A DNA stretch of 64,000 nt from Balanoglossus misakiensis (GCA_040954595.2 CM082590.2:8122001-8186000); one strand, 5' to 3'; positions 1 to 11,420 are shown, counted from the first letter of the stretch. Made by a program: numbers and translations. Notes: generated by a model not told the origin, from the sequence alone.

Positions 1-701
1 CAGGCCAACGTAATAAATTATATGAGAAGCTTCTGAAACTCAATTATTTGAAAACTTGTGGCATTGGTCAGTGAAGGTATGACATGATGTGGTGAGCAGC
101 GCCTCCAATGGACGTATCAGGAAAGCCTGTTCTAAATGAGCTGGGCAATATATTTCACCAAAGTTATTAAAACTTGGAAACAACTACGGCATTTTGAAAA
201 ACTCTCTTCTGGCCATGTTAAGTATTTTGATTCTCTCTTCTTTTTGAAGACGTTAGAAATAAATCAATAAATAAATAAAAAGTCTTCGTTTGTACTTTGA
301 TTTCCAAACAGAGTAGCTGGAATATACGGCTTAAATTTAATATTTTATAACAATGCAGGTTCATAATAATTATTATAATTGACAAAATATGTTGTTGTGA
401 GGTGATCTCCATAAACACCACTTAGTTGGTCAGTGGTGTTAACAGAGATCCTTCACAGCGCCCTCTAGAGGGGCTTTTTCCCATACACAGCTTTGCTATC
501 GCCCTTAGAAATATTGTTTTCGATAGTATTCGTACAAACTACAGACATCTTTCAGTGGAATTTACATAACCATCGAAGTAACAGATCGTAAATATGCTTA
601 GTCTCATCATAGCCAGCCGAAAAGTACTTAAGTAATCATCGATTAACGTAATATGATAGTCCTATAAGTTATAGCTTAGTTTTCCGGTTAATTATGCAAA
701 T

Positions 702-773
702 AACTTTGTGGCGTAAAGGATAGTGTGACTGCCCTTGGTCTGAGAGGTCACGAGTTCGAATCCCAATAGGGAT
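702..773 (+). pseudogene. tRNA-like Pol III cassette 1 (A box and B box, degenerate cloverleaf)
   Basis: A box TGGCGTAAAGG at 709-719, B box GAGTTCGAATCC at 752-763, T-run at 778-784, ATGCAAAT at 694-701. Stems pair poorly, so probably not a functional tRNA. Confidence 0.55.
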
Positions 774-1293
774 TCACTTTTTTTCTTCTAGAGTAGACGT
801 AGTCTACATTCGGTCTTCTTCTGTATTTCCAAATAAAGTAGCCGGTACAAGCAGTTTTAATGTTCAAACCATCTTAAGCCGGTTAAATTCACTATTTTCC
901 GATACTCTTTCATAATTAATAGTTGCAAAAATACGCATGGTGGCTGGAGATCGGTTGTGGTCTGGTATTTAATGGACATCGTACATAACGCCCTCTGGAG
1001 AGGCTTCCCCCCCCCCCCCGTAGTGGACAGAATACCTTGATTGAGCATGACCTATGACCTTACGGGGCTGTGCTGCGTTGCCCAAACACAGCCGCGATAG
1101 CCCCCCTGAAAATATGTTTTTTTTTATAGTATCGTACAAACTACAGGCATCTTTCTATCGAATTTACTTTACTCTTGAAGTTACGGAGACGTAAATAAGC
1201 TCTGTCGCATTGTAGCAAACCGCTAAAAACTTTTGCAAACAGAGGAGAACATCTTGTAGGATATATCGTCGATTTCATGCTAATTATGCAAAT

Positions 1294-1365
1294 GTCTATG
1301 TGGCGTAGTGGCTAAAGTGATTGGCTATGGTGCGAGAGGTCCCGGGTTCGATTCCCGGCAGGGAT
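1294..1365 (+). pseudogene. tRNA-like Pol III cassette 2 (3' half resembles tRNA-Pro)
   Basis: A box TGGCGTAGTGG at 1301-1311; GGTGCGAGAGGTCCCGGGTTCGATTCCCGG closely resembles the 3' half of eukaryotic tRNA-Pro; downstream T-run; ATGCAAAT at 1286-1293. Confidence 0.65.
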
Positions 1366-1840
1366 TTATTTATTTATTTATTTTTTTCTATGGTAGATTG
1401 ATGTCAATGACCACTGCCTCTCACGTGACTAGGAAAAGGCTGATTATAGTCTCATATTCCTCCCTCTTTTTCCCCGTGACGTCATTGCACCTGGATTACG
1501 TATACAGTACATTTACATGCGACTGTCATGTGACTGACTAGTTGTAGATACCGTCTCTAGAGAGCGCTGTGCATGACCTTTAGCCTTCCGTGACGTGTGA
1601 CTTGACCCAAACACAGGCGCGCTAAAGCCCTTAGAAAAATGCGTGTTTTCGACAGTAAAGTACAAAGTATGAACATCTGTCTGTTGAATTAACGTAACCG
1701 CCAACAGTACTGACCGAAAACAAGCTCATTTTTACTTTAGCAAGTCAAAAAGTACTTGCTTTTACGAGATCGAGCTACCTTGTTTACATACAATTACGTT
1801 GTGGCATTCATAACATAGTTGTTTGCTCAACCATACAAAC

Positions 1841-1912
1841 ATAAGCGTGGCCTATCGGTTAGGGCCATGGCCTGCCACGCAGCGGACCCGGGTTCGAGCC
1901 CCGGCAAGAGTG
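1841..1912 (+). pseudogene. tRNA-like Pol III cassette 3 (tRNA-Gly GCC-like)
   Basis: A box TGGCCTATCGG at 1848-1858, anticodon-loop-like CTGCCAC, T-arm CCGGGTTCGAGCCCCGG, T-run at 1916-1922; acceptor stem unpaired. Confidence 0.6.
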
Positions 1913-2134
1913 GCCTTTTTTTCAACCTAAGGCCAAGTACTTGGTTCTTTGATCCCACTTATTTTCCTTTTTTTTCTCTCTTAAAACAGGAATATGCTCT
2001 TTTTATTAACTCTACCATGCATTAGAAGCTGTAAAAAACATTTTTTTATCGAAAAATTGGCTCTAAATCCTTTTCCTAGGTTATTAGTAAGTGATGTGAC
2101 CAATATATAGAAGTTCCGAGCATATGTTTGCATG

Positions 2135-2208
2135 CAGCTCCGTGGCCTAGTGGTCAAGGTAAGTGACTAGCAAGTGGAAGGACGCGAGATCAAGACCCGC
2201 TGGAGGTG
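2135..2208 (+). pseudogene. tRNA-like cassette 4 (AGC anticodon-like loop, degenerate B box)
   Basis: A box TGGCCTAGTGG at 2143-2153; CAGCTCC/GGAGGTG can form an acceptor-like stem with one mismatch; loop CTAGCAA; B box degenerate (GAGATCAAGACC). Confidence 0.45.
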
Positions 2209-2532
2209 GACATGGTGCACATGGAGAAGACTGGACGTGGATGGAACATGGACACAGGATGAAGATTTGCAGGTAAGTCGAAACACGGGGAGGGGTCATG
2301 CATCAGGGGTCAAATAAAGGGGGGGGAGATCATACACCAAGGATAGATAGAGGGGGGAGGCCATGCAACGAGGGGAGACACAGGGAGGGGGGCATGCATC
2401 AGGTAGGAAGGATGGGAGGGAGGGAGACAAGATGGAGAGGAGGAAGAAGGGGGGGAGACAAGACGAGGAGGAGAGAGAGGAGCGAGAGACAAAATTTTTT
2501 ATCAAAAATCTTTTTCTGCCTTTTTTTTTTTA

Positions 2533-3266
2533 ATTTTTCTGATTTCAAAATTTTTTTTCCAGACGAAATTTATCAGTTGCTCTTCACACTGTTTGCACTG
2601 TATTTTGGCAGTGCAACCTTCAATTTTACAGATTTTCACAATATTTTCATTGGTTTTTGCTCTTTTAATGGTTAAAATGACCTTAAATTGGTAAGAATTG
2701 GGTATTTTAGTGATCGAAATGGCTATTTTAGTGAAAATAATGAAAAAATACATGTAATTTGGAACTTTAATGGTTAAAATGACCTTAATTTGGTAAGAAA
2801 TGGGTATTTTAGTGATCGAAATAGCTATTTTAGTGAAAATAATGAAAAATACATGTAATTGCGAACTTTAATGGTTAAAATGACCTTAATTTGGTAAGAA
2901 ATGGGTATTTTAGTGATCGAAATGGCTATTTTAGCAAAAATAATGAAAAAATACATGTAATTTTGGAAAACAACGGCTATTTCGGTGGAAGAAATAGAAA
3001 TTTCAAATAAAATAATGAAAAAAAACATTAAATTTGGCAAGAAATGCCTATTTTGGTGAAAGAAATGCCTGAAAATATCTGTAATTTTGAAAGAATTGCC
3101 TATTTTGTTAAAAATAATAGATTTTTAGCTGCTAAAACAGCTAAAGCAATGAAAATATTGTGAAAAATTATAAAATTAAAGGTTGAATTGTAAAAATACA
3201 ATTCACGCAGTGTAACGAGCAACTGATAAATTTCATTTGAAAAAAAAATATTGAAATCAGAAAAAT
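2533..3266. mobile_element. Foldback/MITE-like element: inverted repeats of about 120 bp enclosing a 98-bp tandem repeat
   Basis: 2533-2652 (TTTTTCTGATTTCAA...GAAATTTATCAGTTGCTC...TTTTCACAATATTTTCATTG) is the imperfect reverse complement of 3147-3266; three 98-99 bp copies lie at about 2665-2965. Confidence 0.7.
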
Positions 3267-3290
3267 AAACTCCACTCTCTTCATACCATA

Positions 3291-3412
3291 CACTGTAAGA
3301 GATACTTTGAATTTTACAATCTTTAAAAAAAATTTAAAGTAAAAACTTATTACAAGTTTTACTCTTTACCGTAATCGTTTACAGATTGTAAATGCAAAGT
3401 CATCTTTTACAG
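3291..3412. mobile_element. Small hairpin MITE with a CACTGTAA (EnSpm/CACTA-like) left end
   Basis: CTGTAAGAGATACTTTG..TTTACAATCT pairs with AGATTGTAAA..CAAAGTCATCTTTTACAG. Confidence 0.5.
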
Positions 3413-3882
3413 AACACACTCAGAAACTCACAATGTGACAACTAGATGTACATTGTTTTTCAGCTTTTAATCACTACGGTATCCAATAAATAAATAAAGT
3501 ACAAGGCTAGAGCTAATTAATTCAAAAAATCAAGTTTCCAAATCATACTCAGTAAATTTTGTGCATTTTCGCGGAAGTCAAGTAAGCGCCGGTCAGGTTT
3601 AAACTCTATAAAAGCCTCTTAAACAGAAAACTACGCGAAATAACAAAGCTAAAGTGAGTTACAACTTCAGGCAAAACTTTGAATGCATCTAACACTAAGT
3701 ATATCTATACACTGCGCATGCGCACCAACTAACACGCTAAAGTATAGGGCAACCAACACACGTGGGAAAGCGTCTATCACTAAGTCCGTTTCTGTACTGC
3801 GCATGCGCACCAACTATCACCTCCACTGAAATTGACAACACGGAAGTAAACACGCTAAGTATAGGGCATCCAACACACGCGA

Positions 3883-6800
3883 AAAACGGCGATTAAAGTT
3901 CTGACGAAGTGGCTAGGTTTTGTACTTTAGCAAAAATAAAGCGTATACACATAGGGCTATATGTATTTTACAATAAATCTTTGGATTCTACTGGAAATTT
4001 CACTTCAATCGGCGATCGGCGCTGGTGATCAGCGACGGTGACGCGTGTATGTAATCCTATGGAGACAGAGTCGACCGCCGCTATCAACACGTAAACAGTG
4101 GTAGAAATGGCTAAGTACTCTGTCGATTTTCTCAGTTTTTTGCTGACAATACTTCTTTACATCAAAACAAATCGAATGGTGATAATTGCGCAAACATTTA
4201 CAATTTCTGTCTGAATGAAACAGCGAGTTTTCTTGAGTATTGCCACTGGTAAATAAAGGGGGCGTGTCACTATGGACATTGATAAACAATGGACAGCGTT
4301 GAGATACGCGAAGTCGGGCAGCCAACAACACACACGGTAAAAACGGCGATTTCTTTTCTTGAGAAGTTGCTAGGTCTTGTACTTTAGTAAAAATGAACTC
4401 TATGCATACAGGACTATATAGTTATTCACTTAAAATCTTTAGGAAACATTGGGTTCTACTGGAAATTTCAATCGGCGATCGGCGCTGGTGATCAGCTACG
4501 GTGGACGCGTGTAATCCTATGGAGACAGAGTCGGCCGCCGATATCAACACGCAAACAGTGGCACATTAAATTTCGATTACAGAAATAGCAAATAACTCTA
4601 GCCCTTAGTCTATACACTTTTCTAAATGATTATTGCATGGACCTAACTTTTACACAAAAAATAGAGTCAGGAACCGGATTTTTTTTAGTGAAAGTGATTT
4701 TAAAACCGTGGATTGTCAACAACAGTATCATGGACGTCCATGATAGGAACACGGCCGCTGACGAGAGGTCGAAAGAACGCGTCACCGATTGCTCAAATCT
4801 CTCTCGATTTCCCCAGTTTTTCCTTTTAAGTCTTCTTTAAATCAAAACGAACTGAATGGTGATAATTTCGCACACATTTACAGCTTCGGTCTGAATTAAA
4901 CAGCGAGTTTTCGTGAGTATTGCCACTGGTAAGTAAAGGGGGCGTGTCACTGTGGACATTGATAAACAATGGACACCGCGTACATGAATATTGAAATACG
5001 CGAAGTCGGGAAACCAACATCACACACAGAAAACCGGCGATTACATTTCTGGAGAATTTGCCAGAGCTTGTACTTTAAGTTTCATGAAGTGTATACATAT
5101 CGGGCCATATTGTAGTTCAGGAAAAATCTTAGAGAAACATTGGTTTCTACAGGAAATTTCACTTCAATCGGCGATCGGCGCTGGTGATCAGTGACGGTGG
5201 ACGCGTGTAATCCTATGGAGACAGAGTCTGCCGCCGCTATCAACACGCAAACAGTGGCACATTAAATTTCGATTTACATAAATGGCAAAGTACTCTAGCC
5301 CTTAGTCTATACACTTTTCTAAATGATTATTGCATGGAACTAACTTTTACACAAAAAATAGAGTCAGGAACCGGAAATATTTTGAATGAAAGTGATTTTA
5401 AATACGCGGATTTTCAACAACAGTCTCAATGGACGCCAATGAAATAAACACGGTCACTCGCACAAGTATGAAAGAACGCGTCGCCGTTTGCTTAAATCTC
5501 AGTCGATTTTCTCAGTTTTTTTCTTTAAAAAATTCTTTACATCAACACAAATCGATTGGTAATATTGCGCAAACATTTTCAACTTCGGTCTGAATGAAAC
5601 AGCGAGTTTTCTTGAGTATTGCCACTGGTAAGTAAAGGGGGCGTGTCACTGTGGATATTGATAAACAATGGACAGCGTTGAGATACGCGAAGTCAGACAG
5701 CCAACAACACTCGCAGAAAAACGGCGATTACATTTCTTGAGAAGTTGCTAGAGCTTGTACTTTAAGCAACATGAAGTTTACACATATAGGACTACATTGC
5801 AGTAAGCAATAAAACCTTGGGAAACGTTGGATTCTACTGGAAATTTCACTTCAAGCTGCAATCGGCGCTTGTGATCGGCGACGGTGACGCGTGTAATCCT
5901 ATGGAGACAGAGTCGGCCGCCGATATCAACACGCAATTATGAAATTTCGATTACAGAAATGGCGAAGTACTCTGTCGATTTTCTCATATTTTTTGCTTTA
6001 AAAACTTGTTTACATCAACACAAATTGATTGGTGATATTCCCGCAAACATTTTCAACTACGGTCTGAATGAAACAGCGAGTTTTCTTGAGTATTGCCACT
6101 GAGAAATAAAGGGGGCGTGTCACTGTGGACATTGATAAACACTGGCGTTGAGATACGGGAAACCATAGACCCTAGGGGAAACCAACAACATACGCAGAAA
6201 AACGGCGATTACATTTTTGAAGAAGTTGCTAGAGCTTGTACTTTAAGAAACATGAAGTGTCTACATATCGGGCATATTGTAGTTCAGGAAAAATATTATG
6301 GAAACGCTAGTTTCTACAGGAAATTTCACTTCAATCGGCGATCGGCGCTGGTGATCAGCGACGGTGACGCGTGTAATCCTATGGAGACAGAGTCAGTCGC
6401 CGATATCAACACGTATACAGGGAAATTTCGTTTGCAGAAATGGCGAAGTACTCTGTCGATTTTCTCAGTTTTTTTTTGCTTTAAAAACTTGTTTACATCA
6501 ACATAAATTGATTGGTGATATTCCCGCAAACATTTTCAACTACGGTCTGAATGAAACAGCGAGTTTCGTGAGTATTGCCACTGGTAAATAAAGGGGGCGT
6601 GTCAATGTTGACATCGATAAGCAATGCAATGGACAGCGTTGAGATACGCGAAGTCGGGAAACCAACAACACATGTAGAAAAACGGCGATTAAATTTCTGG
6701 AGAAGTTGCTAGAGCTTGTACTTTAAGAAACATGAAGTGCCTACATATCGGGCCATATTGTAGTTGAGGAAAAATATTATTAAAACGCTAGTTACTACCG

Positions 6801-7320
6801 GAAATTTCACTTCAATCGGCGATCGGCGCTGGTGATCAGTGACGGTGGACGCGTGTAATCCTATGGAGACAGAGTCGGCCGCCGATATCAACACGCAAAC
6901 AGTGGCACATTAAATTTCGATCACAGAAACGGCAACGTACTCTAGCCCTTATTATATACATTTTTCTAAAATATTGTTGAATGGACCTAACTTTGACACG
7001 ACAAATAGAGTCAGGAACCGGAAATATTTTGAATGAAAGTGACTTTAAATACGCGGATTTTCAACAACAGTATCAATGGACGCCAATGAAATAAACACGG
7101 TCACTCGCACAAGCATGAAAGAAAGCGTCGGCGTTTGCTCAAATCTTTGTCGATTTTCTCGGTTATTGCATTAAAAACTTGTTTACATCAACAAAAATTG
7201 ATTGGTGATATTTGTGCAAAAATTTTCAACTTCAGTCTGAAAGAAACAGCGAGTTTTCGCGAGTATTGCCACTGGTAAATAGAGGGGGCGTGTCATTGTT
7301 GACATCAATAAACAATGGAC
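3883..7320 (+). repeat. Complex satellite, six units of two length classes (about 460-480 and about 690 bp)
   Basis: AAAACGGCGATT-like anchor at about 3883, 4340, 5030, 5718, 6198 and 6678; conserved cores ATCGGCGCTGGTGATCAG..ACGCGTGTAATCCTATGGAGACAGAGTC and GCCACTGGTAA.TAAAGGGGGCGTGTCA. Confidence 0.9.
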
Positions 7321-7834
7321 AGGTCACCCCAATCACGTCAATTTCTAATCTTCAATACATTTTGAATTTGACCGGATACTTCTATTTTGAATGTTTAAGT
7401 TGCAAAAACACGGTAACTAGAAGGGGAACTGTTGTAGAAATCACGTCAGAAAATTTTGATCTGGCTACACAGTTTTAAAAGTTGTAAAAAACGACAAGTA
7501 AGTAAGTCTATACTGAAAGTTCAACATGGTCCCTGCATAGTTAGTGTACATGTGCTTTCATATGTAAATGACCACACATAGTATTTGGCCTGAGCTCAAC
7601 ACATACAGTTTGATTTTGTATTAAAAATCATTAAGCCTAGCATTTCAACAAGAACAGAAAAGTTGATCTTGGTGTGACAAAACCAAATTAAAATAGTTAA
7701 GATTCGGTTTAAGTGATTTTCTGTGATTGATTTTTAATAATTTTGCTAAAAGCCACTTTCCTTTCAAGTTGAAATTATTTTTTCTCGACATATTTATGTT
7801 TTACATAAAAGTTAATCAAACTGATTTTCTCAAA

Positions 7835-9465
7835 TTTATCTGGCTGTATTTTTTATTTCAAGTCTTATTTTTCTTACATGTTAGCAATAGATATATATAT
7901 TTGTGTACATCGTGTGCTTTATAATGATTAACAGGGAACATTTAGTCCAACTTATTTACAACAGGATGGGTATATCCTAGCCTGACAAGCTATTTAAATT
8001 TTTTTAGACATTGGCAAATTGTGAACTTAAATCTATCATTTATCTGAAGGTACAAGTCTTTATATAAAGATTATTAAATTTTAATATTTAACCCCAAAGT
8101 TAAGTCTCCAGGGACCATTAGGGCCCACTTATTTATAACCTCAGCAGAACACAGGGGATGGAGATATCCTAGCCTGACAAACTGTTTGACATTTCAGCCC
8201 TGTTTATCTGGCTGTATTTTCTATTTCAAGTCTTTATTGACAAGATATAAAGAAGAATTAAAATTTAACCCCAAATTTAAGCTTCCAGGGGAAATTTGGC
8301 CCCACTTATTCACGACCTCAGCAGAACACTGGGGATGGAGATATCCTAGCCTGACAAGCTGTTTGACATTTCAGCCCTGTTTATCTGGCTGTATTTTCTA
8401 TTTCAAGTCTTTATTGACAAGATATAAAGAAGAATTAAAATTTAACCCCAAATTTAAGCTTCCAGGGGAAATTTGGCCCCACTTATTTACAACCTCAGCA
8501 GAACACTGGGGATGGAGATATCCTAGCCTGACAAGCTATTGGACATTTCAGCCCTGTTTATCTGGCTGTATTTTCTATTTCAAGTCTTTATTGACAAGAT
8601 ATAAAGAAGAATTAAAATTTAACCCCAAATTTAAGCTTCCAGGGGAAATTTGGCCCCACTTATTTACAACCTCAGCAGAACACTGGGGATGGAGATATCC
8701 TAGCCTGACAAGCTATTAGACATTTCAGCCCTGTTTATCTGGCTGTATTTTCTATTTCAAGTCTTTATTGACAAGATATAAAGAAGAATTAAAATTTAAC
8801 CCCAAATTTAAGCTTCCGGGGAAATTTGGCCCCACTTATTTACAACCTCAGCAGAACACTGGGGGTGGAGATATCCTAGCCTGACAAGCTATTAGACATT
8901 TCAGCCCTGTTTATCTGGCTGTATTTTCTATTTCAAGTCTTTATTGACAAGATATAAAGAAGAATTAAAATTTAACCCCAAATTTAAGCTTCCGGGGAAA
9001 TTTGGCCCCACTTATTTACAACCTCAGCAGAACACTGGGGATGGAGATATCCTAGCCTGACAAGCTATTAGACATTTCAGCCCTGTTTATCTGGCTGTAT
9101 TTTCTATTTCAAGTCTTTATTGACAAGATATAAAGAAGAATTAAAATTTAACCCCAAATTTAAGCTTCCGGGGAAATTTGGCCCCACTTATTTACAACCT
9201 CAGCAGAACACTGGGGGTGGAGATATCCTAGCCTGACAAGCTATTAGACATTTCAGCCCTGTTTATCTGGCTGTATTTTCTATTTCAAGTCTTTATTGAC
9301 AAGATATAAAGATTAATTAATATTTAACACCAAAGTTAAGTCTCCAGGGACCATTAGGGCCCACTTATTTACAACCTCAGTAGAACACTGGGGATGGAGA
9401 TATCCTAGCCTGACAAGCTTTTAGACATTTCAGCCCTGTTTATCTGGCTGTATTTTCTATTTCAG
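7835..9465 (+). repeat. 176-177 bp tandem satellite, about 8 near-identical copies plus a diverged leading copy
   Basis: GAGATATCCTAGCCTGACAA at 8161, 8338, 8515, 8692, 8868, 9044, 9220 and 9397; diverged copy near 7970. Confidence 0.95.
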
Positions 9466-10532
9466 GTATGTATTTTAAGTATCTGCATATCAGCTAGCTC
9501 AACAATAGAAATGTTAGCTCGATTTTAATACTCGTCTCTCTTATTACTGAATTTTTGTAATGAAATTTTGCAAAAAAATAATCTGACAGAATTTTTACAT
9601 ATCACAGAAATACCCTGAAATATACACACTGAGTACACTATGTGAATTTCATTATGGTAATTATGTACGTTACTACTTTCAAAACATTACGTCATGTTTA
9701 TTTTTTTCCACAGAACTGATGGTTTTGTAAACAACCGAGATAATGCTCGAGAAATAAAAAGCTATTAAAACGATTCAAACCCTGAACCATGGTGTCGACC
9801 CACCTACTATTATTACACACCGATTGAAAATTTTCAATGAAGGTCTAACCACTTACAAGTTACATTAACAGCGAAGCGGTCATCTCATTTACAACATATA
9901 CTGCAGTTACTAGTAATATTTGCATCACAATATTATTATTAAAACGCGGGTAATTTTATCACTAAAAGCCAGTTTCGACGGTCGATTGGGGAAACAGTTG
10001 AGTTGTTTTGATCCGGATTTGAGCACACGAGGGATTTCTACTGCGTTCACTCCAACACCGCAGGAGTGTGTTGTTGTCGGAACCGTGGGCTAAACCGCGA
10101 ATTTATTGGGAGCCAGGCCCCTTCAAACCCTATATTTCACGCTGTCGGAAGGTTGGACGGCTACGGCTATCATAGCTCTGCTCGGCAGGGCTGTGTTTAC
10201 TGGCCACGCTGTTGTTGGATGCCCTAAACATATGCCCTACTCCTAGCGCTCGGCATGTAAACAATCACAACATGACTGTAAAAATCATGCAAAAATACAA
10301 TCTTACTGTAATTTTCCTGTGGATTCAGTCTTCTCCTTGCACTTGTGCGGAGTTTAGGTATCCTAATATGAAACCACGGGCGCTTCTTGACCGGATTTGG
10401 CGAAAGTTCGAGGCAATTTCTACGCTATACGCGTGTTTACATGCCGACTGTTGCGGCTGTGGGACTTCCATACGAAACACGTGTGGGTCAAAGGTCGAAG
10501 GTCAGCATTAGGGGGATATCCTGACCTCATTA

Positions 10533-10867
10533 GTGCGCCCCTAGTGGTAATGATGACAAATGCTGATCGCAGTATGACGTCACCGCAACCTGCGTACGCT
10601 TATTATTAATATTCATTAGCTTATAAGTATTCTCCGCCATCTTCTCCCGCTATTAATATTTATAAGCTAATGAATAATAAGTATTCTCCGCCATCTTCTC
10701 TCGTTATTAATATTTATAAGCTAATGAATAATAAGTCTGGTGACGTCATGCCCGTACTCACTCAATGTTGCCAGGCTTTTTATTATTCATTAGCCCAGCT
10801 TATAAATATTCATGACAAGGGAGAAGATGGCGGAGAATATATACAATTTTGACTATAGAGGGCGCCA
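10533..10867. repeat. Direct-plus-inverted repeat module with YY1, CRE and CTCF-like motifs
   Basis: TATTCTCCGCCATCTTCTC at about 10629 and 10682 and inverted near 10820-10838; TGACGTCA at 10575 and 10741; GCGCCCCTAGTGG near 10535 and CTATAGAGGGCGCCA near 10853. Confidence 0.7.
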
Positions 10868-10904
10868 GGACCATTTCTGCTCTCAAGATTGGATGCTGGA
10901 TTAG

Positions 10905-11420
10905 ACTTATAACCCATGAAAAATTGTCATGGGTTATAGCCCATTTTTCATGGATTATAGCTCATGAAAATTTTCAAGAATTGAAATTTTCATTTTGGAC
11001 ATTTTTCATGGGTTATAGCTCATGAAAAATTTTCATGGGTTATAGCTCATGAAAATTTTCAAGAATTGAAATTTTCATTTTGGACATTTTTCATGATTTA
11101 AAGCTCATGAAAAATTTTCATGGGTTATAGCTCATGAAAATTTTCAAGAATTGAAATTTTCATTTTGGACATTTTTCATGATTTATAGCTCATGAAAATT
11201 TTTCATGGGTTATAGCTCATGAAAATTTTCAAGAATTGAAATTTTCATTTTGGACATTTTTCATGATTTATAGCTCATGAAAATTTTTCATGGGTTATAG
11301 CTCATGAAAATTTTCAAGAATTGAAATTTTCATTTTGGACATTTTTCATGATTTATAGCTCATGAAAAATTTTCATGGGTTATAGCTCATGAAAATTTTT
11401 CATGGGTTATAGCTCATGGA
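10905..11420. repeat. Tandem repeat of about 85 bp built from palindromic CATGAAAA(A)TTTTCATG subunits
   Basis: GAATTGAAATTTTC at 10978, 11063, 11148, 11233 and 11318. Confidence 0.9.

Larger units (their letters stand above)
450..1925 (+). repeat. Diverged tandem repeat, about 525-600 bp units, each with a CTCF-like motif, a shared block of about 130 bp and a tRNA-like cassette
   Basis: Homologous block CACAG..GC.A.AGCCC..GAAA..GTTTT..TAGTA..GTACAAA.TA..ACATCT at about 484, 1086 and 1611, each followed about 200 bp later by an A/B-box cassette. Confidence 0.65.

Noticed and set aside
702-2208. Functional tRNA gene cluster
   Set aside because: Acceptor and anticodon stems do not pair properly; retained only as tRNA-like cassettes.
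2171-2280. Open frame ending in CAG|GTAAGT downstream of tRNA-like cassette 4
   Set aside because: No start or acceptor in frame and no partner exon identified.
7212-7478. ORF with a CxxC motif (FECLSCKN) as a possible transposon protein remnant
   Set aside because: The first half is satellite sequence, it is short, and it has no recognisable family motif.
8186-8719. 177-aa ORF made of three 59-aa repeats
   Set aside because: It is the 177-bp satellite read in frame; later units acquire a stop and 1-bp deletions, and the start is TTG.
9990-10510. GC-richer stretch considered as a structured ncRNA (RNase P/MRP, 7SK, telomerase RNA)
   Set aside because: No diagnostic motifs recognised on either strand; only a short inverted repeat CGGCATGTAAAC/GTTTACATGCCG. 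An Infernal/Rfam search would settle it.
3883-11420. CRISPR-like appearance of regularly spaced repeats
   Set aside because: Whole units repeat with no unique spacers, there are no cas genes, and the context is eukaryotic.
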